Shown: positions 1 through 16,100, numbered from the stretch's first letter. The stretch: 64,000 nt of DNA from Lingula anatina (GCA_051362555.1 CM120640.1:22218851-22282850); one strand, 5' to 3'. The notes: generated by a model from the sequence alone, not told the origin. Made by a program: numbers and translations.

Positions 1-3000
1 ATACAAAAAAAAAAAAATTTTAAATTAAAATCGATAACAAGAAATGAGCTTGAAAATAACTGGAGAAAATAACACTTTTCATTGGTCATCTTCACATACA
101 GGTGTTGGTGTGGTCAGAAAAATATATAGAGCTATAATATTAAACAGTAAACTGGGCAGATGTTTATGGTTTTAGTGCTCTAAGGAGTTGCTAAATGATT
201 CAAATTAAAGACACCTCAACAGAAAAAGAGTTAAACCAGGCATAAAGCTGCCATTTATTGTCAGAGATTTGTGTTCATCCGCCACAAATTCGGTTAGTGC
301 TCCTATGCCTCTGGGTATAAACACAAAACAAAACTATCCCGGACTTAAACCATGTACATAATCAGCAGACGATTCTCTCCACTTGGTATGACAATTGGAT
401 AATGTAGACATCTCCCCACCAGAGAGTAAAATAAATGGTTTATTGAAGGTGCTGGGAAGTCGTGGCCAAACACATTATTGATATTCAACTAACCAAACTG
501 AAATTGCATAACATCTTATTTTCATTCCTCTTGCCATATAGATCGCATTAATTCTCCGTTAGTTATTGCTGGAGAAGAGGCCCAACAAAGAGTGACCCAT
601 GAACAATAGGGGGTTAAACGTTTCCTTGCTCCTTGATTCTTACCTTCATGGACAATTTGACTCATTATCCAGAGTTCAGAAGCTGACAGTTAATTTGTAG
701 CTTCTAAATAGTGGCAACATGACATGAATTAAAGTCACATATGTATGTATTAAAAGGTGTACACATTACCACATCAAACAAATACCGCCACTTAAACAGT
801 ACTTAGGACTAAGAATTTTATGCAACTGACTGTATAATGATCTATAATTCCCAAGTTGTGGTGAGTTTCTATGAATACTATTGCCTTTGTGATGAATTGT
901 GACATGCTCACTGATCTAGAGAAGTATTCTAACATGATTCATGTGTTACTTTCATGAAACTGAATAATACATTAACAGTACTTAAAGGCACTTGAAAATC
1001 AGTCTTAACATAAAGCGTGTTGCATAATACATTTTGGCTGCATCTTGAGAAACACATAAATTAGCTGTGGAAACATCATCTTTGTTATGTTTTTGGAGAG
1101 TTACTAAGTTTGAAAGTTCCCAGTTTTATATTATACAGGTGGAGTTGCCTTTTCATCTTTAATATGATAAATGAATATTTTAAACATACATTTCAGATTT
1201 TGCCACTAATCTTCAGGATAAATCCGCCTTTTTTGGCATTCAGCAAGGGAACTTCATGAAATTTAGACCTTTCAACTTACAAACTGACATGTAGTGGCAG
1301 AACAATTGTTGGAAAATTTTTACATGGCTGTTAACCGCTCACATCAAAGACTAATGTGCTTTCTTTATTTCCTTCATAAAAAGATCCTTGCCTACTCACT
1401 CCCAATTGTCATTATATAAGTAACAATGGAAGCCGTGTGAGATAAGACTAAATGACAGATTCTCAACCTGAGCATGTGTGTTTATGTGTAACACTGCTCC
1501 TGTGCAAAGTAATGAAGAGGATGAACTGTGCAACAACAAAAAAATATTATTTAAAAAAAATTTCAGGAAAAAATTAAACTGTGCAACCATTATTCAGAAG
1601 TCTTACCATGAAAAATGACATATTACATAAAAGGTATTTCTTAAGAGCAAAATCCTTTTTTAAATTTGAGGTAGGGGGCCAGTGCAGAAAAGTCATGCAT
1701 TTGAAAATTGAGCCGAAGTGATAGAACATGTAGGTTTATCCCCTTTGTAGACTTAGAATGACAGGGATATCACTAACATGCTTCAGGTGAATGATAAATG
1801 AGCAAGGGAATTAGAAAAAATTAATAAAAAAGTTTGCAATGGTTTATGTTGGCAACAAATCACTCTCAAACTTGTCAATGACGTGTTTACAAGGGCTGGG
1901 GATTACATGAAACACATCTCCACATTGATCTACTTAAACTTCAAGCAAACACCATAATTCTTGAATTATTTATATATAGCTTCACTCAGGAGGGATATGA
2001 GAATTGTATTGCATATAATTTATAACCATTTGTTGACAGCAGATCATATACTAATGCTTTATCTAAAACTCGGTGAAAACTTCCCCCTGTCTTCATCACA
2101 GACCTGTTTTCATGCTTCTCTTCCATCTGTTCACTTCAAAAATGGACAATCATGGTGGTGAAACAGCTTCTCAGAGTTGTGTCAATAAAAATCGCTTATA
2201 ATTTATGAAGTTATTTGGAATGAACATAAAAGATTTTTTGACAACTGCACAGGTGTCGCGTAATTCTGACAACAGGTAAGACAAAACAATGGAGCAGGTT
2301 TCAGCCACAGGCCATAGAGCTATACATGCAACAAACCTTCCACAGAATAGAGCTGACGCATTTGCCCATCATCTCGTGATTAGTGTCAGGTTTGATGACA
2401 AATCACAACCATGGCACCATGCTCCTTCTTAGTGACCTCTCATAAAAACTTGTTTTTTCCTTTTTTAACACTACACTATAATGATGTGCCTTAAAATTCA
2501 GCAAAGTGTGAGATAAAGTAATGGGTAATGCAGAAAACCTTTCTTTAAACCAGAGACAAGTTTTCTACAGCAATTCATAAGACTCATTTAGATTAGGGTA
2601 TTTCTCAAAAATTGATATCTTCAGATGAAAAAATTCACAAGTTCGTTTTATAGTTCAAAGTTCAAAAAGGGAAATGAAAAGAGACCCAACGTCTCAATCA
2701 ATTTAGAAAAGTGCCATAGACCGCAGTTTCCAGGTGCCATGAAAAAAAAAAAACAAAGAAAAATTCTGGGCTGCAACTGGACAACATGCTGAGAAATCAA
2801 TGGGGAAACAATGGGAACTAAATTTAATGCACAAGTCTCTATCATTGTTGTCTCATACACAGTCTTTTATACAATAAACTGACTTTTTAAAATCTCACTG
2901 TCAACTGGATATCATGGTATTGTATTCCCTATGAAATGGTTAGAACTTGTAAGGTGTTAAGTTATATAATTCACATAGTATCGTATGGTTATCAATAAAT

Positions 3001-3240
3001 ATACTGTCAAGTTTATACAGATTATCAATCAGGCAACACTTGAAAAAAATAAATAAAAGCAGAATATCTATCCATTTTTCATTTAGCAGAGGAGGGAGTT
3101 TTGACGTGAAGGAGAAATGCCTTTGTAGGCTAAGTACTTTGAACTCTCAAGAATTTGTTTTGTGATAATCTTCAAACAATTAAGCAACATGTACCTCACA
3201 GCCTCATCTTTATTGAATGATTTCAAGAGGCCACACTTAC

Positions 3241-3844
3241 CACAGATAGGACTAGAGATAGATCACACACTCGCATACGATGCTGTATGAACATGTCATA
3301 AACTGCACAGACGGCCAGTACAGTGACTCCCTGCTCTTTAGTCAGCATACTGGAAGCAGTAAATATGGCCACTAGGAACATGGACAGCCATTTCCGTGAC
3401 TGTGCGTCATCCTCAGGGTTGCAAAACTGCCATGACTTGTCCCTGTACTTGCAAAATCTTTGATAGCAAAGAAATGCCAGCAGGAAAAACAAACTGGCTC
3501 CCACATCTGCACGTCCCACAACACCAGCCACTGCCTCTGTGTGGATGGGGTGGGTTGCAAATAAAAGTCCTGCTAGAATTGTGGGAAACGTCCTTCGTAA
3601 GAAGCATTTTGCAAAGTATGTGTACAGTCCTGTAACAGCTACATGTAATAATACATTGCCTATGTGGTAACCCCTTGGATTCAGGCCGTCCAGGTAATAG
3701 TTAAGCCTGAAGGACAGGACACACAGGGGACGGTACGACTTGTGTGAACCACTGTGTGTGAGAGGAGTTCCCCAGAAGTCATCCAAGAACAGGTTCCACA
3801 CAGGGGTCTGTGGTAACAGGTCCTGGTTCTTCTGGATGGCACGA
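3241..3844 (-). CDS. TMTC2: TMTC2 coding exon 2
   Basis: Acceptor TATTGCAG and donor GTG|GTAAGT. Phase completes the split Ser codon from exon 1 (AG|T). Encodes RAIQKNQDLLPQTP...DDFWGTPLTHSGSHKSYRPL...HPIHTEAVAGVVGRADVGA...KEQGVTVL, which are TMTC-family motifs. The gene continues beyond coordinate 1. Confidence 0.95.
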
Positions 3845-6800
3845 CTGCAATACAGAGAAAATGTTCAATAAAACATTATAGTTATAAATAGTTATATTTT
3901 CAAACATATCAATTAAAATTTTCTTATTTCGTGACATAATTATGTGGTGAACAAATCATGAATGAAAAATGCTGAAATTCAACTGAACTCATTATAAGCA
4001 CAATGAATTCTATTAATCAGAAATCAAAATGAACTCGTATCAATAATAATGTAGTTAAGTCTTGGTTAAAATGAAAATACTTATTCTACAGGTTTTTAAA
4101 AGTAAATACTATATATAAAAAGACTAATTCCAATTTAATTGTTTTTCTTTGAATGATTGATTACAAAATATATTGAATTGTCAACTCATGGACTATGTGA
4201 TAAAGTGGATCGGATTTCTTTAAATGCACTTTTAATTTAATTCTAAGACAACTTAACAATTGTAGGGTACACTTTTTGTAATGTTTGGCAGTTGAGAATG
4301 TTTTTTAAACACTTTTTTCTCACTTTCCAGATTCTTTTAATATTCCAGCAGAGTGCATGTTCTTACTTATCAAAAGTTAAACTTAATAAAAACTTAGAGG
4401 AAAAGTCAACATGTTATTAGTAGGCGAGAAGATCAGAGATATCTCTTAGTTTACCAGGTGAAAAAGGTTAGACTCATGGGGGTCCTGTGGTCTTTCTCAG
4501 ACAGGATTAACTTCAATTCACCTAACAGTTGATCAAATATTTGTTACACTTATATTCCTCTTGCTGGAATGGAACTTTTAACTTTCTCTCTATTTTGATG
4601 TCTCTGTCATGATAATTCAGGTAAACAGTGGGCTGCCTGAGGCTTTGTGCTAGAATAAACCGACATAGGATGCTGCGTCTTAATTACATTTAGACAGCTC
4701 TCTACTTTCAACTTTTCCATTTGCTTAGGTTGCTAAGTCCTGTAAAGAGACCTTTTCTTTGTTGACATCCAGCCCTATACTCAGTCTCTCTACTTTATGC
4801 TAATGTTGGTTAAATATGTATTTGGGATCCATTTGCTCATGTAAGCTAACATATTTTCAGGTTTTTGTTTACTGGCATAATTACCACAAACCCGTCTTTA
4901 TGGCCAAAACAAACAATGCAAAAAAGTTAAATGGTCCTGGGAGAAAGCTGTCAATTTAAGAACAGGAAGCTTGCTTGAAACACATAGTGAAACTGACGCA
5001 GCTTTTCTCAAACAATTGTTTCTAATGCACTTTGTTTCACAATATTCTATTTCTACTCTACTAACAACAAAATGTCAAAATCTATCTGTTAAAAACATAG
5101 CACAGCAGTACAGTAATCCCATAATCAAGTAAAATATATTTCTAGGATTTAGAAAAAGTTTTCTAGCAGAATCAACAGCATACATTTTATTTCATCTAAC
5201 AAAAATAGGAAAAATATCAGCATGTGTTCCTTAAACTGGGTTGGTCAAGATTATACCTTTCTCTTATTAAACACGAGGATTAATAATCTGTACTTCTATC
5301 TTTCTTATCCCCCCATGCGACATCAATTCCATCGTCTTTGTTATGAAATAGCTGTTAAACCCTAACAGAGGATCCCGCATAGCGTAAAGTGAGGCTATAG
5401 ACAGGTGAAGCACTAATCTCTACTGAGATAAACCCTGGGTTTGCAAACATTGTCCTAAGAGCTTTTGATATGGTATACGGAATTCAACAATAAAAATTTG
5501 ATTGAAATGAATAAATTTTGAAAGTTATCAAAAGTAGTAGCAGTGGAGTTCAGGGATACAAAACGGCTGATGGGAAATAACACAAATCCGATTTATACTT
5601 TCTGGACTATTAGCAATTTTTGACAATCATACAATCTTAAATAGTCAAAATGGTTGCACAATAAGTAAGAAATAACGGTCACTCAATGCCTTCTTTAAAG
5701 CATTTCAAATTTAGGAACACAAGTTTGTAATCAACAACATATATTTAAAAGTAAAAATATATAAATGTACTAGTACCGGTATATACAGTGTAAAAAAATC
5801 ATAAAAAAAGAAAACATAGTAGATTAGAAAAAGTGCCATTCTTTATTTTTGTGCTCTCACACTGTTATATCCAGATAGTGTGTAGTATTTGACAGACGCT
5901 GGTGTGATTCAAACTGATATACTCTGGGTATACGTACATGTACTTATGGTGAATAAAATGAATACTACTGAGCTAGCACTGAAATAATTCAAAAAGATGC
6001 AAAGAAGTGAAAAATACCAGACTTCCAATGATTAAAGAATAACAAGGAGAGCAGTAACATAATACAGAATAAGAACAAGACGAGTAAATCTATATTCTGT
6101 GTCTCTGCTGGAGATATTTCCAGCAGGATGGTCTCATGGAGCACCCAAGGTCTGGAAATGTGGGAACCAAGGATTTTTACCTGTCTATCCATAAGGACCC
6201 AACTTAATCTGTTGTATGATAGTCAAAAAAATATATAGAGAAGATCCCTCAACTGGGATTATATTTCTAATTGTATCATAGTTAGGTATGAAAAAAAAAA
6301 AGGAGAAAAAAGCGGCACTGTACGAGTGCCAGTTTCTTTGCAACAGTGCACATTAAAAGAAAGATGGCAATTTCAACTGACTATAGCCGTCAAATCAAGT
6401 TAGCATAATTATGTCAACGAATAATTGCTGATCGGGTCTTATTCCTGAATGTGCTGTCAAAATAACTCATCCATTTTTTACTCATTTTCCAAAATTAATG
6501 AGGCATTTTCCTTTCGTTCTGAGCCATCTGCTCAACAATAACTTCACCTCATTATTGGGGCATCAAGGCAATGGAGCAGACATATGGGATGTCTCTACAC
6601 ACTCAGCATCTAGACTGCCAGACTCGTACTTGTCAGAAGACAATCAAGCAATGGTGAAGAACATGCTTAAAAAGACGTGAAACAACTTTACTTCTGGATG
6701 AAAATGCGCGGTAATGGTCTGCAATACAGATTATTCATGCAGAATACCTGCCACTAACAACCAACATTATGTCTGTTCGTCCACTACTAAAAAGAGATTA

Positions 6801-9447
6801 ACAAATGGTTGGTTTTCAAACTCAACTTTATAGCGTAAATCAGATGGTGGGTTGACAAACACGGGAATTGGTAATTTCAGCCAAAATTTTCAGCCAAGAC
6901 TGCACATCCAAAACCCAATATTCAATGCTGCTGGGCAAACTTTGCTCTCAGTGTGTTGGATCACTGGACAATGGAAGGTGTTGGTATGGGAAATTGAAAA
7001 TGAGGAGCAAATATTGAATCATAACTTGTTTATTCTGTGAGAAAGCCCCTATACATGAACCCATTGATCACAGCTGGCAAGAAAGGTGGGGGCCGTCAAC
7101 CGTCCAAAAGGCAAACAGCAGTAAGAAGTGTTAGAAAATTGCATTTTTCTGCATCAAAAAAGTCAATCCCTTCACCTAGGTGGACCTTTGACCACTCAAT
7201 GGCGCCACTTTAAGCTCAAACCAAACACAGCTCTTCAATTGAAAGTGCTTATTTTTCAATAGAGATATTGACTCAGGTACGAACCGAGTCTTCTCTTCAC
7301 CTGTGCAAAAAAATAAGCCATCATTTGAACACCCCTTGAGGCATAGGTATTTATAGAGAAATTTCCCTTTGTTCAGCAGAATAACCCTGTGGTGTTGTTA
7401 TGGCAGGGGAGGCATGTCTTGGAAGGAAAATTTTCTCCGCAAATTATCCTTTTTTGGCCTCTGGTGCTGTATCACTGTGTATTGTTCCTTGTCACGTTAA
7501 AAATACAAAGCTGCCCTTTTCACCCATCTACCGTGTCTCCAGTAGCTTTCTGGGCATACATATAGTTGGGAACTGGTAGACAGTCTTGATACGCACACCT
7601 GCCTGGAATGTGCGGCACCCTGAAGAAAAGTCAAAAGTGCTCTTGTGCACTTCAGCATGAGTCAATTTAGTATGAAAACAAGGTTTTGGATGTGATAATA
7701 CAACTTTTAACCTTAGTGATGTATTGAGACTGGCTCAAAAACAAACTCTTCGCCACTAAACCTCTTTGCCTCCAAAATCATGTCTAAGTTGGTTTTGGAA
7801 AATAATCATACTTTTCACTGACTGTTAAGTGCATTAAGAATAAATTTCTGTGACCCAACAATTCTAAGATGGTTTTACACAAGTACACATATGTAAAAAC
7901 TTTATCACAAATGCAGAATAATGTCACTGATAAATGTGTCAGGAAATAAATTAAGAACAAAAGAAAAATTTTATGCATGCAAAAAGATTTATATTGACCT
8001 ACTGTGTCCTGAAACACAAAGTCAACTGTTGTCATTTCCTTTTTCAATCTTTTAAAAATCATCTTTTACCTCTTTGAAATGATTTAAATCATTTTGAAAA
8101 AAAAAAAAAACTACCAATGTTGTTATAAAAAGAGGTGATCCCTCACAGTCTCTAAAATTGTGAAACTGCAGCACAATGACATTGTCAGTATAACTCCCCA
8201 CCACAAGAAAACAGGGCAATTTATCCCTCAAACTGCCACATTCAATTTCCACTTGGTGCAATACTGGACATACTGCTCACTGGTCAGACACGTTAATAGC
8301 ACTCTGATGAGGGGGTAATGAATACTTAATAGCAGAGTAATCTCTACCTGGAAGGAAGCCTTTCAAATTCTGCTGGGCTCACTGGGAAAGGTGGTAAGAT
8401 TGCCTGTCATGTGACATAACAAGTCTGTCTGAAGGCCACAAATAATTTCCCATGAGGATCGATTCCCTGTCCTTCAAATTATTCGACACTGTTTGATGTG
8501 TTAATCAATGAAAATCTGATATGCCCACCATTCACTCATGTTATGACATATTGGAGGTGTCTATCAACACCAATCTAAAACTACATATGGCCATTCTTGA
8601 CTTAAACAGAAGTCATACATGGTTAGCTTTGTTTATTTTCATGGACATATTGCCTAGGAGACATTGAATGAAACACCACATTGGCTTTAAAACAAAAAAC
8701 CTCAAGACCTACATCCAAAAAAGAATGGCATCAGTCATTGAGAGGGGGAGATAAAGTAAATCGGTCTACCAAGCTGGGCTGACAACACCCAAACAAAGCA
8801 GTCAAAGTTTCAATTTAAGTTTTCAACAGTGGATCAGTTACAAGTGACAATCACACAGGGGGGCTTCCAGCAGTACAGGGATCCCAAAAAGACAAGGCCA
8901 TTGGCCATTGGGGAGGGGTTCAAATATCTTTGTAATAATGGCCAGCACAATGCCCCACCTCTATTGACTTCTCAGGTAATTTTTATACTTGCTTTCTCTG
9001 CTTGTGGAAGGACAAATACTGACTATACACACACCACAATCTGGGATTTCCACACCAGTGCCCAATCTGAGATGGGTCAAAAATGCTGTCTAACATCCCA
9101 GAATGTAGGCTGTGAACTCTGCCCCAGAGGTTACAGGGTTCTGACCCGTACCTACAGACACTATTAGACAAATTACTCAAGTATACTAAAGGACTCCTCA
9201 AGTCAAACCATTAAATATTGAGTTTTTACAAAAGGACTGGGGAACCAACATCCACAGCTGCCTTTTAAATAAATCTCATTTTAATTTGCTCATAAAACAA
9301 ACTACCAGAAGAACATGCTACTGGAAACTAGAGTTAACACCTATTAATGTCAAATTAGCAGGAGTTATTTCTCAAAATGTGTGTTGCTACACAAGGCAAC
9401 AACTTTCACAAAAAATCAAATCCTGGCAGATGCACTTGTGGACAAAT

Positions 9448-9450
<3 letters not shown>

Positions 9451-9480
<30 letters not shown>
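9451..9480. repeat. (GA)15 microsatellite
   Basis: Direct reading; lies in TMTC2 intron 1. Confidence 0.97.
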
Positions 9481-9483
<3 letters not shown>

Positions 9484-10149
9484 CAGAATAAGCAGACTCC
9501 CACTACAAGTGTTATTAATTCAGAGAGTTTGATTTTTTTAAGCTAGAAAGTGACTCGGAATGTCATGCTGGTGTTGTTTGGTTTCACATGGCAAAAGCAT
9601 TCAATTCAGAAGTTGACTTTTTTTTTAAATTCCACACACTCCTGTACTAAAACTCCCATTCCTGATTATACATAGGCACAAGGCAAGGACAGAGGAACTC
9701 TGCATGGTTCTTCCTCTACAGGACAACAGAGATGTCACTCCCTCTGGCACCACTTAAATTAATGACATTTTTAACCTCACAAATGACATTTTCAAACTGA
9801 TCAAAATTCCATGAAAGAGCTAATTACAAAGTTAAAAATACATTTTATTCAGAACCAAAATATTTCTGTTCATTATGTTTATGTAAAAAAAATCCAATCT
9901 TTACAAAAAAAATCAGCCTACATTTATTCACTACAGAAGAAATTCCATTTTCAAATTTTTAATAAAAATGTTTTAAACAAGGATCAGTGCAGATTTAGTC
10001 AAGAATATACTTAGCAATAATATTGCTGGTATATCTGACTTTACTTAATAACTTAAAAGGAAACTTATTTTTGAGATAACTATATGCCAACTGGTGATGT
10101 AAAAAAATATGAAGAGGGCAATTTGTCTATTTCTTATTATATCTGGCAG

Positions 10150-10152
<3 letters not shown>

Positions 10153-10192
<40 letters not shown>
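10153..10192. repeat. A40 homopolymer
   Basis: Direct reading; lies in TMTC2 intron 1. Confidence 0.95.
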
Positions 10193-10195
<3 letters not shown>

Positions 10196-13100
10196 ACATG
10201 TAAGTCCTGTACAGCAGCCTGTTTCGACCATCCAAAGCTTTTAGTAAGAGATGAGAATCCTCCCACGTTTTCTGACTCCAAGCCCCATACAACTCAATTT
10301 ACAAATAAAACAAAAGTCTGTAGTCATGTGCAGTAACCTCTAGCAGGTTGAAAGTTTCAGTTCAAAATTGTATTATAGAGAGCCCACTCTGATTACTGAC
10401 ATCTGATGAAATAAACTCCACACAAAAAACAGATGGTGAGGTCTATGGACCACTAAAATCCATGATTAGAAACCTGAAAAGAGAAATCCCTAGATCCAAA
10501 ATGAACCTACCCCAGGCAAAGAACTGTGACGTGGATTTCAAATAATCTTATCCAATAAAAGATGATTTCAAAAGAACAAAAATTTACAGGATCCACTGAC
10601 ATGAAATTTGAGAAAATAGTTATGATATTCTATCTGATAAAGACTTGCTCATAGGTCAGGCACTGCATCATCAAATGCCCTTTGATGAGGGTTGAAGTTC
10701 TCACTGCATACTAATGCAATACAAATCAATCACACCAGTGCAAGTCTGACTCTGCTTCAGAAATTTCAGGTTCATCTTATATATACAAGCAGACACCTTA
10801 TTTGGATCTTTGGAATTTTACATTTTGTACAGCTAACAGCCTTGAACATGACAGCCAGCACGTTCAAAACGTATTCTCTTGTGAAAATAGTCTGTCTTTT
10901 AATATTGCATTTTGATTTATATATGAGCTTCTGCAAATGTCCCCAGCACATTTCTCTATGCAAACGAACTCTTTCTCATTAAATTTAACACACAGCAAAA
11001 GTTGAAAATAAATTTTGTTTTACATTTATTTTAAGATTTCAAAGGAAGAGGTATAATTTTTTTTTTTGCCAAAACAAAGCATTTTTGTGGCTGATTATCT
11101 TAAAATGGTTTTAGTATTTGTTATGCTTACAATATCGTATTTTCATGCATTGATAAAGGAAGATCCTGTTTGGAGACTTAAAAATGCCTAAGAGATTGCA
11201 GTGAATTCCATTCAGGACCGACAGAATTTTTGAACTAATACCTATTTAAAAATCTGGGTATTGTTTAATACAGTTGTTGGAGTATTTCTCAACACATCTT
11301 TGTCGGACACCTAGTGCTCCTAAAAAGTGATTCATGCAAACCTTTTTTTGCAGCTGCATAAACTTTAAAAAACAAAGATCATGATGAAATGATGGTATTT
11401 ATTAGAGAGAATTGAATTGATCAAAGTTTTTGCTTAACCTCTGCCACTAAATGACGTGAATTTATAAAGTACACCACAAAAACAACACAGGATTATTATG
11501 CTAAAAAATGGTATATCTTTCTAATTGCTTGCCTTTCATTATGAGGAAATCTGGTTTGCAGCTGTGTTGTCTCTAATAGATTTTACGTGAGGAGAAGAAC
11601 TGGTGCCTTCACAAAAAAGAACTTGAAAAAATAATTTTCTTAAGGGAAAACGTCCTTCGTGCAAATCCTCATGAACTTCTTCCTTTACTTCAGACATGTT
11701 TAGATATCTTTTTCTACTGAGATAACAACACAGTCAAAGAAAAATACATTTTGCACTCAAGGGAAAACTACCATATCCTGACGTGGTCCAGATGTCCCAG
11801 GCTTTCTGCCCTTTACATTTAGGTGCATGTGGAAACCCACGTCAGCAGTGCCAGAGAATCATTCACTTACACACGTAACACCCTTCATAACACTCTGTCA
11901 AACTGCACAACACTTGTACAGACCATGGTGTATATGTGAATTTGTTCTTGCAGCCTCATGAAAGTCAGATTAATTAATTCATTGATTTCTTTCTTCTAAT
12001 GCTGTTATGATAAATTAGGTTATATCTGTGATGGTATAACACCACAGTATTAACTCCTGGTATTAACTTTAAAACCTTCCACAATGGTAAGATTCTTAAA
12101 GAGTTTTAACCAATATGTGATTCCCAACCTATCAATGTTTTGAACTGGCTATTGATAAAACACTAAATCTTTTATATCCCAAATATCTATAATGTATTTT
12201 AAATTTTATGACCAGGTCTAGATTCAATCTGAAATCTCACAGCATTATTAGATCTTATTACAATCGCAAATTTCTTTCTGATCTGACATATGAACCAACA
12301 GACTGGAGGGCAGAGATTTCAGTAATCTCCTAACAACCACCCTTGGAAGAACAATTGATCTGGGATATTGATTCTGTTGGCTGAAGTAATGGCCGAACAA
12401 CTGATCTTAAAATCTAGTGTCTGTCCAGTAATGGCAGGTAGTGAAGGCCAGACTGGACTAGACTTACAACCTACACACTCAGTTCCATTCAGAGTTGATG
12501 TAATGGCACAAGTGGGTACTAATGTCTTCACACTTGAATGCTATGATAGCTACATTAGTTATCATAAACTCAGGTCTACTTCTTACAGGGATTATGGCAC
12601 CAAATGAGACCAATACCTGGAGGGACTATTTTTTCCTATAAGGAAAGGTGTAGGGATCATCTTAGACAGTCTCTGGTGCCATACTGTACCAGATGACAAA
12701 TTGCAGTCATTTTTGCTAATAGCCTCCTCTGTCTGATCTAGTAAGTTAAACGGCAATTATTCATCTAAAAAAATCACGCCCGTCTTCATTGCCACAATAT
12801 ATTAAAATATATGAAAAAGTCTACAAGTTATTCATCACTTCAATACAATACAATACTAATGAAATTTTAGAACCTATAAAACAAGTTAGTTTATGAAAAA
12901 AAAAAAGTGCTATTTGTGTCTCAAAATTGGTTTTGTATATGTGGGGGGAAATGCATACTATAAATTTAAGACAGAGGTATTTTTTATCCAACCAATGATA
13001 AACTGACAAAAAAAAAATTAATGAAATGTTGCAAATTGCTAAAAGCCAAAGTAAATTATCTTGAGCATTTGGTAAACACATTATATGATAAAAAAGAAGT

Positions 13101-16100
13101 CACATGCATTCAATCTATTTTCCTATAAAGAGAAGAAAGAAATCAGATGCAAAATTTATAAATCCTGCTGTTTATGTTGTGATTTTGAATACATTGCACA
13201 TTGGCATCCATTATTCTGGCTTTCTGTTCATGATGTTGCATTTAAATAACTGCAATTTTCTGCTTTATTCTGCAATTTAATATACTGCATGAGAAATGCT
13301 AATTTAAAAATACATTGTATTCAAATGCAATTTTATAAGATACACAATGCTGACGTCTTTCCATTAGACACTGACACAGAAAAATACACAAAACCACTGT
13401 GTCTGTTTGTAAAAAAGTTAACATGCCAAACCAGGGTTTGAATGCAAGGAAATTTCCAACCTTGGTGTTCATCTTCTTTACTTATTTCAGTGGCCTCCTA
13501 CCTGTAGTATTTATTATTTCAAGACTCAACTCACTTAAGATTTCCATTTCCTAAATGAGCTATCTAGTAATGATAGTAGCCAAGACCAGGGCTACCTAAG
13601 AGTTCACTTTACCTCCTGTGTTGGGTTAATCTCTGCCTTCTAGCCTGGCATCCATACAAACCTTGATAGGAAATATTTGCCACAGGATTAACTCCTTTTA
13701 TTTCCTATCACCTCTGTTCACAGTATTGTTTCTGGATGACTGACATGTTTGGATAAACACAGGTTTCATGGACTCCCTATCATTTACTTCACTGGACAAA
13801 AAATAAACAAACCATAGACTGAAAGTTCATCTGCAATTATGTAATGCACTTTTTGTTCAAATAATTTTGTTCAAAAATATCAATTTTGGCTCCTTTTTAT
13901 CACATTATCACAAACTAGGTCTCTCTTAGATAGAGAAAAAATTTAAATCCAACATCTTCTATTGTTCTATCAATGAAATTTCTCAAAGCTGTATTAATGG
14001 CAACGGCTAGGATTCTACATAATTTTTAATGCAGTGACATAATTTCACCTAAAATATCAAAGATTCTCCAACTTTACACTACATTCCAGCTCAGTAGCTT
14101 ACAATGATTATTTTATATCAAGACAGGCAAACATCCCAGTAACAGGTTGTCACTGCTATCCGGACGGAGAAAGACAACACAACATGGTGGGGACTCAGCA
14201 AACCATCAAATTAAACTATTTATGATATGCATCTAGTATATTATTAGTTCTGCTAGGGTAAAGTAGAAGCACCTCCATGCAGTGGTTAAGATGGTGTGAT
14301 AAAACCTAACAGAAGACTGTTGCATGGTAGAACTGATTACAGCTGTGACATAGCACACCTGTATCTTTTAAAGCATGATTTAACTACAGTTAAATGTTTA
14401 AAATAATTTTTGATTGTTCTCTGCAAAACAGACATCAAAAACAAAAAATGTGTGGTGAAAATATAAACCAGTACTAACTATATTATGTAACAATACCAGT
14501 ACTTTTCTCCATTTGTTTTCCAGAAAAAGTGCTTCAAGGTATTTATAAAATAGATATATTTTAACCTATTAAAATCATTACAATATTCAGTTTTAGGAAT
14601 TAATATATGGGAATGTCTTTTCAGCCGGAAAATTGAAATTGTCTTAACAAAAATTAATAACTTTGTCCTATATTGGTCCCTGGGGAGTAAAAGAGTACGA
14701 AATTCAATATGCTTCCAAATACATATCTCAGGCATAGTGGAAAGAGATTTTCAATGTATGCATATCTGCAATAGCAACACTTAAAATTAGAAATGTGATT
14801 CATTTCTTCATAAAAGGTTAAAGTATGTAGCCACTTTCTGGGTTCAATTTTTCAATTTGCTTCACTTAGAGGTGGCATGGCCTGACACATGGCAGGCAAA
14901 AGAGACTAAAGCCCTACCAGTAAAGGGTCAGTTGTTTTACAAATTAAAAAATTTGAGATAACACATGCATATCATTTTAACCAATCCAGGAAGGTCACCT
15001 TTTGATGACCTCTGCTTCAGCTGACCACTTCATGATACCAATGTATTAATTTTATTTTATTGGTGGCTCTTTAAAAAATAAAAAAAGGAAAAGGCTGAGT
15101 TAAAAAAACAAAAACATCATTCAACAAAATATTTTTGTTCCCTAAAAATAATAACAACCTTCAACATGGTTAAAAAGCTGCAATTTCAAATAGTTTCTGT
15201 TTTCTCCAACAATTACGCAGACAGTACTTAAATATACAATGACATACATGGAAATAACAAAGACAAATGGACTGAGCATGCCACTAAATCTGATGTAAAA
15301 CAAAGAGGACCCATAATCTATTACAGGGTACCTTACAAAGCGAGCCCAGAGTTTCACCTCTCAGCTCTTTACCTCAGCATGACAGGTAAAAAATTTAATA
15401 GGGATATTGCATGTTAGGAAGAAATGAAGAGCAGAGAACAGGTCTGATGGATCCGCCGCCAGTCTTGGCAATGGTTATGTAGAACATGGCGGACTATACT
15501 CAATTATGTTTTACTGATAAAGGTCAAGCAGCTAGTGGCCTGGCATTAATGCTGTGATGGAATAAATTTTTAACCCAAGGCTCAAAGGTTGAAGAAAAAG
15601 GGTGGAAAGTGTGTGGTGTGTTGACAAATAACCTAAATATAAAAGTAATTTATCATCCAAAAACTAAATTAAAACTAAGGTAAAAGCAATGCATACAGGG
15701 AATGAATAATTTCATTTAAAATGTACACTTTCATCCATAAAAACATATTCCATAATTTCTAAAATTTCACTAAGTTAGTATGTGACTGTCAGCTAAATAT
15801 ATCCTCAAAGGAAGTGCAAATAGGTAGCTTTTTGTTAGATTTTTTTCTTCCAATATTTTTCTTTCAGGCTCCCATGATGTGAACTTTTCTATTTAGCAGG
15901 TGAAAGGGTCAGACTGAGACAGTCAACAGTCCACAGTCGCAGCCCAGCTCACGTCATCAGCCATGACACTAATCGACTCTTCTACACGTCAAAATGTTAA
16001 AATATATTGCTTCAATTTAATCTGGGGATGGTTGTTACTGATAAAATCGGGTACCCTTAACACCAATATTGATAAGGGTTTTGGGGAATGAAATGCAGGG

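Noticed and set aside
10045-10336. Poly-Lys/poly-Phe ORFs, or a retrocopy tail at the A40 run
   Set aside because: The ORFs are homopolymer artefacts. I found no recognisable retroelement body or target duplication.
12319-12607. Overlapping ORFs as a nested gene in TMTC2 intron 1
   Set aside because: They are short, lack recognisable motifs and show no consistent splice structure.
14992-15011. AGGTCA-n8-TGACCT nuclear receptor-like inverted repeat
   Set aside because: A single short motif in a 13.7-kb intron cannot be supported without conservation data.
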